NCBI GenBank assembly: GCA_035652135.1
Contig: DASREK010000015.1
Coordinates: 14,846 to 78,845 of the forward strand
Direction of reading: 5' to 3'
DNA from: Bryobacterales bacterium
GTDB taxonomy: Bacteria > Acidobacteriota > Terriglobia > Bryobacterales > JACQDG01
Length of the DNA: 64,000 nucleotides
Shown: positions 9,631-18,960 of the stretch, piece after piece
How the letters are laid out: each line of letters begins with the position of its first letter
Position numbering within the stretch: position 1 is the stretch's first letter
Made by a program: the position numbers and the translations under genes
Notes under the pieces: model-generated
The model's database searches: none
Told to the model about the DNA's origin: nothing
What the model saw: only the letters and a program-made list of their open reading frames with translations

Positions 9631-10860
9631 TCAGCGCGCTTTTCGGCTTGGCACGGTGTTCTTATAAATTTTGCCGGCCTTCATTACGAATACGACCCGG
9701 CGCACCGCCGTGATGTCCTCGAGCGGATTACCCTCGGTGGCGACCAGGTCGGCCTGCATGCCGGGTGCGAGGGAGCCGATTTGGCCGCCGAGATTGAGGG
9801 ACTCCGCTGCCAGGGACGTGGCGCTGATCATGGCGTCCATCGGCTTCTGGCCCCCGTCTTTCACCCGATAAATAAATTCCTCGTAGTTGCGGCCATGCAC
9901 GCCGGCTACAGCGTCCGTTCCGAATACGATTTTGACTTTCTCGGCCGCCGCCTTGCGGAGCACCTCTGCCACCAGCGGAAGGCCTTTTTGCATGTAAGCG
10001 AAGCCTTCTTCGGTGTAATTGCCGATACCCAGAAACTTCGGCTTATTATCCAGGTAATTGTGCAGTACGAGGAAATTGGGATCGAAGTAAACGCCGCGCT
10101 CCGCCATCAGGCGAAGCACGCCTTCATCGAGAAACACGCCATGCTCAATAGAGGTCGCTCCGGCCAGAATGGAAGCGCGTGCCCCGGCCGACGCGTGCGC
10201 GTGAACTACAATCCGCTTCCCTTGCGCCTTCGCTTCGGCGCACGCGGCCTGGATCTGCTCATCAGTGAGTGATTGCGCACCCCCGTCACGAATGCTTTTG
10301 GTCGCGAACATTTTGATCACATCTGCGCCTTCGGCCGAAACTTTCCGAACGAAAGCGCGGATTTGATCCGGACCTCCCGTGGCCTCGTCAATAGCGCCCA
10401 GTGAAGTCAGAATGCGGGGACCCGGGTCCGAGCCTTGGTTGATCCAGTCGCGCAGATCCCGGTCCATCGGAGACCCCAGGCTTTGTACGGTGGTGAAGCC
10501 GGCGAGCAAATCGGCGTACGCGTTGCCTAGGGCGTACAAAATATCCTGCTGCGGAGTGTCGCGGTCGGGCTGGGCCAAGCGGCCATTTTTGTCGAAGTGC
10601 CAGGTGAGATGAACGTGGGTGTCGATCCATCCCGGCATCACAGTGAGGCCGCTCAGATCGTAGGTGGCGGCGCCCGGAATTCCTTTCGAGTCTATCCTGA
10701 GGATCTTCGATCCTTGAATCACGATGCTGGCATTTCGCAGGACTTTCCCTCTGCCGTCGAAGGCGGAGCCGGCTTTGATCACGATCGGCGCCTCCTGTGC
10801 GGCAGCGCTCGAGAGCGAAACGAGGGCCAAAATCCAGACGAGATTGATCGGTGATTTCAC
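9631..10860 (-). CDS. Secreted amidohydrolase-superfamily metallohydrolase
   Basis: Signal peptide MKSPINLVWILALVSLSSAAAQE, HxH motif WIDTHVHLTWHF, later VVHAHA and GTDA. Confidence 0.8.
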   Translation of the reverse strand: MKSPINLVWILALVSLSSAAAQEAPIVIKAGSAFDGRGKVLRNASIVIQGSKILRIDSKGIPGAATYDLSGLTVMPGWIDTHVHLTWHFDKNGRLAQPDRDTPQQDILYALGNAYADLLAGFTTVQSLGSPMDRDLRDWINQGSDPGPRILTSLGAIDEATGGPDQIRAFVRKVSAEGADVIKMFATKSIRDGGAQSLTDEQIQAACAEAKAQGKRIVVHAHASAGARASILAGATSIEHGVFLDEGVLRLMAERGVYFDPNFLVLHNYLDNKPKFLGIGNYTEEGFAYMQKGLPLVAEVLRKAAAEKVKIVFGTDAVAGVHGRNYEEFIYRVKDGGQKPMDAMISATSLAAESLNLGGQIGSLAPGMQADLVATEGNPLEDITAVRRVVFVMKAGKIYKNTVPSRKAR

Positions 10861-11064
10861 GGCGCGACTCCTGGGGGGCGCGCAAGATGGAAACCCTTTA
10901 CGGAATGAGGCATTTTAGCATGAAGCCCATGCGGGGCCGCCCGCGCGGTGAAACGACTGGCAACAGAATGGCTCGCGCGGCGTGTCTTCGCTGGCAGGGC
11001 GGCCAGCATTGCGGGCCGGCAAGCGTGTGGCTGCCCTGCTGAAACAGAAGCACGCCGGACGCGC

Positions 11065-12384
11065 TCAGGCGCCGGCTGGAGATTTTGCCTTCGAAGCCGC
11101 CGCTTTGTAGCCGGCATAGGACCAATAAAGAGCGCCGCCGGCAAGCAGCGCGATGCCGCCCGCCGCAGCCTGGGAACGTGAACTGCCTGTCAGCAACCAA
11201 ATCGAAACCGCGACCGCAAGCGCCGGGATCACCGCGCCTCCCGGCAGCGTCACCCTCCGCTCAGCCGCCGGCATCTTCCTGCGCAACACCGGAACCGCCA
11301 GGCACGTGGTGAGGTAGTAGAGCAGTCGCGCGATAGCGCTGAGAACGGCCAGTTGCGAAAAATTGCTGAACAGCGCCATGCCCCAGGCCGTAAGAGCAAA
11401 CAAAATCATCGAAACATATGGCGTATGAAAGCGGGCATGCACGCGCCCGAGCAGTGCGGGCAATTGCTTGCCCTCGGCCATCGCGTAGAGAATGCGCGGG
11501 CCTACCAGCAGTTGCGCGCTGCTGTTGCCCGTGGTTGACATGACCGCTCCCAGCGTGAGCAAAGCCGCCCCGAGCGCGCCAAGGAATCGCTCGCCCGCCG
11601 CGGCCAGGGGCGCCGGAGAAGTTCCGAGGCCCGGGAGCGTGCCGAGAGCAACGATCTGTATCAGCAAGTAAATGACGACCACCAGGGCGATCGCCGACAC
11701 CAAAGCGATCGGCAGATTGCGCCGCGGGTTGATCACTTCCTCGCTGGGCACGGCCGCGTATTCGAAGCCCCCGAAAGCGAACATCAGCACCAGGGCCGCG
11801 CTGCGCAAAGAGGTCAAGTCAGGCAGCTCGCTGAATGAATAACTTCGAGGATCGGCAAAAAACAGTCCGGCAGCGATAAAAACAAGCAAAGGCAACAGCT
11901 TTCCGATCGTCAGCAGATTGATGGTCCAGGCGCCATAACGGACTCCGAGCACATTGACCAGGGCGAGCGCTCCCATCAGCAGCGTTATCGCCGCGCTGCG
12001 CCCCGGACCCGAGGCTACGGCGGGCCAGAAGAACCCGAGGTAATCCGCGAAGGCATTGCTTACCGCGGCGGCCCCCGTGAGGCGGCCCAGCAGAAACATC
12101 CAGCCGACCTCAAAACCTATAAAACCTCCGAACGCTTCGCGCGCGTACACATAAGGACCCCCGGCGGTCTCGAAGAGGCTGCCGGCCTCGGCAAAACACA
12201 GTACAATTAGAACAGTTGCAACGCCGCAGATAATATAGCCCAGCGGGCTGGTCCGGCCCAAAAATTTCGCCACCGTAGCAGGCAGTACAAAGATGCCTGC
12301 CCCAATGACGCCGTTCAGCGCGAGCGCCGTCAAGCTGAACAGGCCGACGGCCCGGACTAACTGTGGAGAACAGGATTGATCCAT
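11065..12384 (-). CDS. APC-family amino acid/polyamine permease
   Basis: 439 aa, hydrophobic throughout with about 12 predicted TM segments. It carries an N-terminal GAGIFVLPATVA motif typical of APC transporters. Confidence 0.85.
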   Translation of the reverse strand: MDQSCSPQLVRAVGLFSLTALALNGVIGAGIFVLPATVAKFLGRTSPLGYIICGVATVLIVLCFAEAGSLFETAGGPYVYAREAFGGFIGFEVGWMFLLGRLTGAAAVSNAFADYLGFFWPAVASGPGRSAAITLLMGALALVNVLGVRYGAWTINLLTIGKLLPLLVFIAAGLFFADPRSYSFSELPDLTSLRSAALVLMFAFGGFEYAAVPSEEVINPRRNLPIALVSAIALVVVIYLLIQIVALGTLPGLGTSPAPLAAAGERFLGALGAALLTLGAVMSTTGNSSAQLLVGPRILYAMAEGKQLPALLGRVHARFHTPYVSMILFALTAWGMALFSNFSQLAVLSAIARLLYYLTTCLAVPVLRRKMPAAERRVTLPGGAVIPALAVAVSIWLLTGSSRSQAAAGGIALLAGGALYWSYAGYKAAASKAKSPAGA

Positions 12385-12538
12385 GCCGCGCTAGCCGCTC
12401 ACCGGGAACGGCCGCTCTGCTCTATCGAGAAGCATAAAGCACCAGGATACGCTACGCGAGCGGCTGCAAGCGACTTTTGGGTGGAGTGAAGGCCCGCGGC
12501 CCCCGCAGAAGAATCCGGAAAGGACCCAACACGCGCCG

Positions 12539-12901
12539 TTACTCCGGGTCGAACGCGCGGTCCATATGAATCCAAACCACGCGGGAGAAACGGACCATTT
12601 CCGGCACAAAGGGCAAATACGCCAGAAAGGCGGCCACCAGCAACCTTTGGAGAGACCAATTCGTAAGCATCCAGAACACGCTCATCAGCGCCAGCACGGG
12701 AGGGATCGAAAGAACGTAGCTCACGATCATGGCGCCGACGAAATAGCCCTCCTCGCGCTCGTATTCGAGGCCGCAGACCGGGCAACGCTGATGCATGGCG
12801 AGCCAGCCCTGGAGCAGAGAGCCGCGAAAAATGGGACCGCGGCGGCACCGGGGGCAGGAATAAGAAAGCAGGGCTCCCAGGGCGGAAGTGGCGGCGCTCA
12901 C
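12539..12901 (-). CDS. DUF983 family small membrane protein (zinc-ribbon plus 2 TM)
   Basis: CPRCRRGPIFRG...CPVCGLEYERE, followed by two hydrophobic helices. The start is ambiguous: GTG 12901 gives the usual ~120 aa size, whereas the ORF-track start 13093 gives 184 aa. Confidence 0.65.
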   Translation of the reverse strand: MSAATSALGALLSYSCPRCRRGPIFRGSLLQGWLAMHQRCPVCGLEYEREEGYFVGAMIVSYVLSIPPVLALMSVFWMLTNWSLQRLLVAAFLAYLPFVPEMVRFSRVVWIHMDRAFDPE

Positions 12902-13082
12902 CTTCTCAGGATACAACCGGAATAGAAGCTGCGAGCAACGCTCCGCTGCCGGCGGACGCGGGAATGCGGCCGGGCTTTCTGTTCCGGGGGCGCCCGGGCG
13001 GCGCCACCGTGTCTGCCGGCGCGAGCAGTCGCGGCCATATTCTGGCTGCATCCCGGCTCGATTCGCAATAGAATAGGCCATT

Positions 13083-14612
13083 ATGGAACTCACCCGCAGA
13101 AAGTTGGCTCACACGGCCGCCTTAGGCGCGAGCGCTGCGCTGCTCGGCGGCAAGAAGGCCAAGGCGCAAGCGCCTGGCGAAGGCGCATCCATGATGGCCG
13201 CGAGCAGCGGCAAACTTGCCCGGGCGGACGGCCTGACTCGCCAAGTGGCGGAGTTTATCGTGCGAACAGGTTACACAGACCTGCCTCAGGAGGTGATCGA
13301 CTTGGGAAAGAAGTCGATTCTGGACGGCCTTGGCCTGGCGCTCTCGGGCTCGGTTGCCGAAACCGGCGGGCTGACGCGCGAGTATCTGCAATCGCTGGGG
13401 CTCGGCCGCAGCAATGCGACTGTGATCGGGTCGCCGATAAAGGCTCCGGTACGGTTCGCGGCTTTCGCAAACGGCATCGGCATTCACGCCGACGATTACG
13501 ACGACACGCAACTCGCGGTGGCCAAAGACCGTGTGTATGGGCTGCTCACGCACCCTACAGCGCCTGCGCTCCCGCCCGCACTTGCGTCGGCGGAAGCAGC
13601 CGGACTGCCGGGACGCGATTTGATGCTGGCCTACCACGTCGGCGTCGAAGTGGAATGCAAAGTTGCCGAAGCCATTTCCCCCCGGCATTATGAAGACGGG
13701 TTTCACTCCACGGGCACCTGCGGCTGCATCGGCGCTGCGGCGGCGATCGCCAAGCTGCGCGGGTTCAATGTCGAGCGCACGCTGCGCACGCTCGGGATCG
13801 CCGCGAGCCAGGCTGCTGGTTTGCGCGAGAATTTCGGCACCATGACGAAGCCGTTTCACGCCGGGCGCGCCGCCGAGGCGGGGGTCATCGCCGCCGACCT
13901 GGCGGCGCTGGGATGGACGGCCGCCGACCAGATCCTCGAGGCGCCCCGAGGCTTTTTCCACGCCGCCGGCGGAGGCTTCGATCCGAATGCCATTTCCGGC
14001 AAGCTGGGCAACCCGTGGACGTTCGTTTCGCCCGGCGTTTCCATCAAGCCCCACCCGTCGGGATCGCTAACCCATCCCGGCATGACGGAAATGCTGTTTC
14101 TGATCCAAGAGCACAGGATCACGCCGCAGCAGGTGGAGAGGGTGGATGTGGGCACAAACCGCAACATGCCCAATGCCCTGATCCATCACCAGCCCACGAA
14201 CGCGCTCCAGGCAAAGTTCAGTATGGAGTTCTGCATGGCTGCGCTGCTGCTTTACGGCAAGGCCGGGCTGAGCGAGTTCACCGACGAGGTCGTCAACCGG
14301 CCGGAGGTGCAAGCCATGATCCAGCGCGTGCATTTTGGCGTGCATCCCGAAGCCGAGAGGGCCGGCTACAACAAGATGACCACGATTATCGACATTCACC
14401 TCAAAGACGGCCGCACCATTTCGGGCCGCTCCGATTTCGGCAAGGGCAGTCCGGAAAAGCCGATGAGCTTCGACGAAGTCGCCGCGAAATTTCTGGATTG
14501 CGCAGCTTTTGCGAACTGGCCGGCAGAGAAAGCCAGGGCCGTGGTCGAACTGGTGCGAAAGCTCGAAGACGTTTCCAACGTCCGGGCGCTCACGGCCCTG
14601 CTCTCGGCCTGA
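13083..14612 (+). CDS. MmgE/PrpD-family protein with an apparent Tat signal peptide
   Basis: The 509-aa body aligns in my reading with the PrpD/2-methylcitrate dehydratase family (ILDGLGLALSGS..., HADDYDDT, GFHSTGTCG). The N-terminus MELTRRKLAHTAALGASAALLGGKKAKAQA has an RR-h-region-AxA layout. Confidence 0.8.
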   Translation: MELTRRKLAHTAALGASAALLGGKKAKAQAPGEGASMMAASSGKLARADGLTRQVAEFIVRTGYTDLPQEVIDLGKKSILDGLGLALSGSVAETGGLTREYLQSLGLGRSNATVIGSPIKAPVRFAAFANGIGIHADDYDDTQLAVAKDRVYGLLTHPTAPALPPALASAEAAGLPGRDLMLAYHVGVEVECKVAEAISPRHYEDGFHSTGTCGCIGAAAAIAKLRGFNVERTLRTLGIAASQAAGLRENFGTMTKPFHAGRAAEAGVIAADLAALGWTAADQILEAPRGFFHAAGGGFDPNAISGKLGNPWTFVSPGVSIKPHPSGSLTHPGMTEMLFLIQEHRITPQQVERVDVGTNRNMPNALIHHQPTNALQAKFSMEFCMAALLLYGKAGLSEFTDEVVNRPEVQAMIQRVHFGVHPEAERAGYNKMTTIIDIHLKDGRTISGRSDFGKGSPEKPMSFDEVAAKFLDCAAFANWPAEKARAVVELVRKLEDVSNVRALTALLSA

Positions 14613-14671
14613 GCAGGCAACTCGAGCTTGAAATGTTTATAGGCGCAAAGCGCCTCGGCTCTTTGGAGGAT

Positions 14672-17600
14672 TCAAAACTCGAACCGCATACTTATCTGCG
14701 CCAGGCGCGCGTTCGAGCCCACGACCACACCCGTCACCAAGCCAAAATTCGGCAGTCCCCGCTTCAGGTTCGGATTGGCGAATTCAGGGCGATTGGGCAG
14801 GTTGTAAAAATCCCCGCGAACTTGAAGTTTGAAGCGTTCTGTCAATGGCCAGTTTTTGTGCACCGACATGTCGATGCCGAGGAAGCCTGGGCCACAGCAG
14901 ATTGTACGAGGCGAATTTCCAAAAACTCCGACGCCCGGCGCCTGGAACTGCCCGACATCAAAATACGGAATTGCCAGTACGTTGCTCCTCCAGCCCGCTG
15001 GTTGTAAGGGCGGACCAAGCAAGTTCGGCCGTTGCGAGGCTGAAAACGTATTTGACAAATTTGTGTTCTCGATCGCCCCGTAGGGTGCGCCGTCGCGGAT
15101 CTCGCCGATCAGGCCTATTCCCCATCCTCCGAGAGCACCGTTCACAAAACGGTTCTTAAGGAGGTACGGTCGTCCAGTGCCCCAGGGAAGGTCATAGACG
15201 ACGCTTCCCACGAGCCGCCGACCAATGTGATTGCCAGAGAGAGATTTATCGAGCCTGTGCAAGGCGATGTGCGTGTAACTGACGTTGCCGGCCGCGCCGC
15301 CGATCTCGGAGTTGGCCGAGACGTCATCAATGAACTTCGACCACGTGAAATTTGCCAGTAGGTTCAAACCGGACGAATAACGCTTTTCCACCTTCAGGTT
15401 CATCGCGTGATACGTCGAATTACCCCACGCCGGGCTAATCTGCATTACGTTATCGAACTGCGGGAAAGGCCGGGCAGTCTGGCTTTGCACGGCAGGGCCC
15501 TTGCCCTTGATCAAGGGGATCATATTGATATTCACGTCTGGCCCGCCCAGCCGGTGCGCCACATTGGCCAGGTATGTGATCTCAGCAACAGAATTCGCCG
15601 AAAGTTGCTTCTGTATGCCGAAGTTCCATTGCTGGGCCATGGGATCAGGCTGGTCCTGCTGGAGGAAATCAGGACTGAGGATCACGGGGCTGCCCACCGG
15701 GACGGCTCCGAAAGACGCGTCGTGGGGAGCGGGCATGATGCTCGGCATCCCGTTTTGCAACTGGAATGCCGGGGTAATATTGCCGTCAGGCGAGTTGAAA
15801 CTCGTTGAGATCCCGAATCCCGCCTTTAGCGCAAAAGTCACACGGACCTGGTAGGCGTTGTAGTAGCTGATACCATAACCGCCGCGCAGCACAAATCCCC
15901 CGCCCAAGCTGTAAGCAAACCCAAAACGCGGTCCCCAATCGTGATAATCGAAATCATGGGCATACTTGCTCACGCCGTTTACGCCAGCGAACGTCACGAT
16001 GCCAGGCGTCCCAGAGACGGGGTTGATTGCAGTCAGGTTAAACCCGCTCTGGTAGTTGTGGCGCTCCCATCGCGGCTGATTCAGTTCGTAACGCAGGCCA
16101 AGATTTAATGTCAGCTTGTTGGTGATCTTCCAGTTGTCCTGCACAAAACCGGCGTAATAATCACTACGGCTCGCAAGCGGGACGATTGCCTGCACCTCCC
16201 CTGTAGCCACATTGCCCAGCAGCAGCTCTGCTAGCCCCGAACCAGTGGCGCGATTATCGAATACGAAATGACCTCCCTTGTAACCGTTGAACAGGTCCAC
16301 ATTAAGCCCGAACCGATATTCGCCGCCGAGCTTGATAAGGTGCCTGCCCCTGGATATCGAATAATGATCCAGAAATTGCCAAGTATCGATGGGCGTCTGA
16401 ATGCGCTCCTGCTGGGTCGTGCCGATAGAGCTTAGACCATTAATATCGAACGAGCCGAAATAATTCGGATCTACTCCCCTGATGCCCAGCTTCCCGTTTT
16501 CCCCGCTATTGACTCCGAACTCCGTCAACACAAACTTCCGGCGCCCAAAATTGATGCGAACATCCTGAATTGTAGTGGGCGAAAAGTTGTGGATCCAGTT
16601 TCCAGTGGTGTTGGTCTCCTGATTTTGCTGGCTGTTCCCGCGCGGATCAGCAAATGCGTTCGGGAAAACGGCCGTAGTGGTCCCGGGCGCACGGTTAAAG
16701 ATAAATCGAACGAAGACTCTATCAGTCGCCCGAAAGTTGTGATCTACCTTGGCCGTAAGCCAGTCCTGGGTCGTTGCGTTGCTTCCTCCGTTGATAAAGT
16801 TGTTTTTGGGCGCCTGAGTGCTGGGGCTGGGGACGTTCGGCGGCGGATAAAGTTGTGCGATTTTCCGCCCGACGGGATCAATCCGGGCTGGTGGAATTAT
16901 GTTGTTCAAAAAGGGCTGTCCCGTGGTTGGATCTCTCAGGACCAGATCCCTACGGTTGGAAAAATCGCCCGTGACTTCCGGCGGGTTTGGCACCACGTCA
17001 TTGTACGTCACGCCATCGCGTCTTCGGGCGCCTTCATAGTTCGCGAAAAAGAACGTGCGGTCTTTCTTTATCGGCCCCCCTAACGATGCCCCGAATATGT
17101 TGTAAACGAGGGGCGGCTTCTGTTTCGCAAAAAAAGTCCTAGCTGCGAGCGACTGATTGCGGAAGAATTCATACGCGGCGCCGTGGTACTGGTTCGTTCC
17201 GGAGCGCGTGGTGATCACAATGTAGCCGCCGCCGGTCCTGCCATACTCGGCGGAATAATTGTTCTCTTCTGCCTTGAACTCCTGTACAGACTCGGCGGGC
17301 GGGTTCAGCGTGGTTTGCTGCACGCTCATAGTGACGTTCTGCCCTGAGGTGCCGTCCAACGCCCACATCTGGTTAACTGAACGCCCGCCGGACATTGAGA
17401 AGACCGGTTGTGAGGCGACAGTCTGCGTTTGCAAAAAGACGACACTTCCCATCAGGCGAACCAAGCCCGCGCTGCGGCGGCTCTCCAACGGCATATTGGA
17501 AACCGTTTGCCGCTCGACCAACTGCCCTACAGAGGCAGTCTCCGTCTCAAGCAGAGGGGCAGAGGACGTCACCTCGACAGACTCCGTGACGCCGCCTACT

Positions 17601-17935
17601 TGCAGCTCTATATCGAGGCGACGGAAGAATCCCGTATCCAGCGTAACGCCTCGCTGAAAATAGCGCTTGAAACCGGTTGCCTCGCAGCCGAGTTCATATT
17701 CGCCTGCCGCGAGCACGGGGAAGTTGTAGATTCCGGCGGCGTTGGTTTCTGTTGCTAGCTCAACACCGGTGTTCATGTTACGGACTGTCACTCTCGCCCC
17801 GGCAATTACTGCGTGAGAACTGTCGCTCACCTCACCGGTCAAGCCAGTCTGAAGCTGGCCCCAGCAGATCACGATGGTCGCGCTGACAAGCGCCGGCGGA
17901 AACAGTAGTCGGAGTACGCTAAGCAGTTTTTGCAT
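14672..17935 (-). CDS. TonB-dependent outer-membrane receptor with N-terminal CarboxypepD_reg-like domain
   Basis: 1087 aa with a signal peptide. It has a carboxypeptidase-regulatory-like beta-sandwich (ARVTVRNMNTGVELATETNAAGIYNFPVLAAGEYEL), plug-like and barrel regions, and a terminal aromatic residue (...ISMRFEF). Confidence 0.88.
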   Translation of the reverse strand: MQKLLSVLRLLFPPALVSATIVICWGQLQTGLTGEVSDSSHAVIAGARVTVRNMNTGVELATETNAAGIYNFPVLAAGEYELGCEATGFKRYFQRGVTLDTGFFRRLDIELQVGGVTESVEVTSSAPLLETETASVGQLVERQTVSNMPLESRRSAGLVRLMGSVVFLQTQTVASQPVFSMSGGRSVNQMWALDGTSGQNVTMSVQQTTLNPPAESVQEFKAEENNYSAEYGRTGGGYIVITTRSGTNQYHGAAYEFFRNQSLAARTFFAKQKPPLVYNIFGASLGGPIKKDRTFFFANYEGARRRDGVTYNDVVPNPPEVTGDFSNRRDLVLRDPTTGQPFLNNIIPPARIDPVGRKIAQLYPPPNVPSPSTQAPKNNFINGGSNATTQDWLTAKVDHNFRATDRVFVRFIFNRAPGTTTAVFPNAFADPRGNSQQNQETNTTGNWIHNFSPTTIQDVRINFGRRKFVLTEFGVNSGENGKLGIRGVDPNYFGSFDINGLSSIGTTQQERIQTPIDTWQFLDHYSISRGRHLIKLGGEYRFGLNVDLFNGYKGGHFVFDNRATGSGLAELLLGNVATGEVQAIVPLASRSDYYAGFVQDNWKITNKLTLNLGLRYELNQPRWERHNYQSGFNLTAINPVSGTPGIVTFAGVNGVSKYAHDFDYHDWGPRFGFAYSLGGGFVLRGGYGISYYNAYQVRVTFALKAGFGISTSFNSPDGNITPAFQLQNGMPSIMPAPHDASFGAVPVGSPVILSPDFLQQDQPDPMAQQWNFGIQKQLSANSVAEITYLANVAHRLGGPDVNINMIPLIKGKGPAVQSQTARPFPQFDNVMQISPAWGNSTYHAMNLKVEKRYSSGLNLLANFTWSKFIDDVSANSEIGGAAGNVSYTHIALHRLDKSLSGNHIGRRLVGSVVYDLPWGTGRPYLLKNRFVNGALGGWGIGLIGEIRDGAPYGAIENTNLSNTFSASQRPNLLGPPLQPAGWRSNVLAIPYFDVGQFQAPGVGVFGNSPRTICCGPGFLGIDMSVHKNWPLTERFKLQVRGDFYNLPNRPEFANPNLKRGLPNFGLVTGVVVGSNARLAQISMRFEF

Positions 17936-18397
17936 ACGGCTCCCTTCTTGTTCAAGACCTAAAGTCGTTCGCTCGGGTCATGATGAACGAGGATGCCGAA
18001 TGAAACTTATTTTCCCTGCCGGAACCGCCACCTACAAATCCGACCTAGCGGTCAGGCGTTAAGCTGGTATAAGCAGAATTGAAAGATTCCCCCCGCCCCC
18101 CGCTACGGGATAACGGTTCCAAAAAACAGGACTCCGATTGGAACTGCACACTCACTTCCCCGGGCCTCAACTAAGACCATGCAGGGAAGTGTACTCCTGC
18201 CGTTGCAGGGAATCAAGAAGATTATGGCTGCTCGAAATGGCCGGGAGCAGTCGGGCCGAATGCGGCTTCACGCAGCACGCACGTCCATGGCAACAAATGC
18301 TGAGATCGCCGTGGAAGCCTCCCTCCTAGGGCGCGCTCCCGCTCGCGGGGGGCCGGATGCAAGCTCAGGCAAGAAGAGGCGTGCCTTTTTCTTCGCC

Positions 18398-18922
18398 TCA
18401 GTCCACCGAGAAATCTGCTGTCGCTACGGTTCGCTCCCAGGCCATTTTCAGGACGCCGCGTTTGGGTCCCGCGGTCTCGAGCGAAATTGTAAACTGCTCT
18501 ATGGGCGATCCGGACGTGGTAACCTTCATCGGCGTCCGCCCCAGGTCTTTGGATTGATCGTAGTTGAACGCGCCCCACTGTTTCGCCACTTTGTTCACCA
18601 CCAGCGTCCAGGCATTCGCCTGCGGAATCACGAACAGGGCGTAGCTGCCCTTCGGCACTCTCAGGCTCCCGATCGTCAGATCGGCGTCAGTGGTCAACAC
18701 TGTGGCCTCGTCGGCTCCTGCTCGCCATACCTCGCCTAAGGGAACCAGCCCGCCGAAGATCTTACGGCCTTTCATATACGGCCGCCCATATTCGATAGTG
18801 ATTTTCTTGCCGTCGATCGTTACTGAAGTCTGCTCGTGCGGGCTGACGCGCTGCTGCGCCATTGCGGGAAGGCCAAGCAATGCGGCCGCCGCCAGAACCG
18901 GAAGCATGTGAAGTCTGGCCAT
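18398..18922 (-). CDS. Secreted DUF2911 protein
   Basis: The start is set to ATG 18922 (MARLHMLPVLAAAALLGLPAMAQQ), preceded by AGGAGGA. The motif GRKIFGGLVPLGEVWRAGADEATVL is present. The ORF-track N-terminal extension to 19216 overlaps the upstream gene and looks like nonsense. Confidence 0.75.
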   Translation of the reverse strand: MARLHMLPVLAAAALLGLPAMAQQRVSPHEQTSVTIDGKKITIEYGRPYMKGRKIFGGLVPLGEVWRAGADEATVLTTDADLTIGSLRVPKGSYALFVIPQANAWTLVVNKVAKQWGAFNYDQSKDLGRTPMKVTTSGSPIEQFTISLETAGPKRGVLKMAWERTVATADFSVD

Positions 18923-18960
18923 ATCAATCTCCTCCTGCGTATCTTTCCGCTCATCCCATT

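Noticed and set aside
14641-14656. A short hairpin AGGCGC-AAA-GCGCCT between the convergent PrpD-like and TonB-receptor genes.
   Set aside because: The stem is 6 bp with a 3-nt loop and no T-run, which is too weak to call a terminator.
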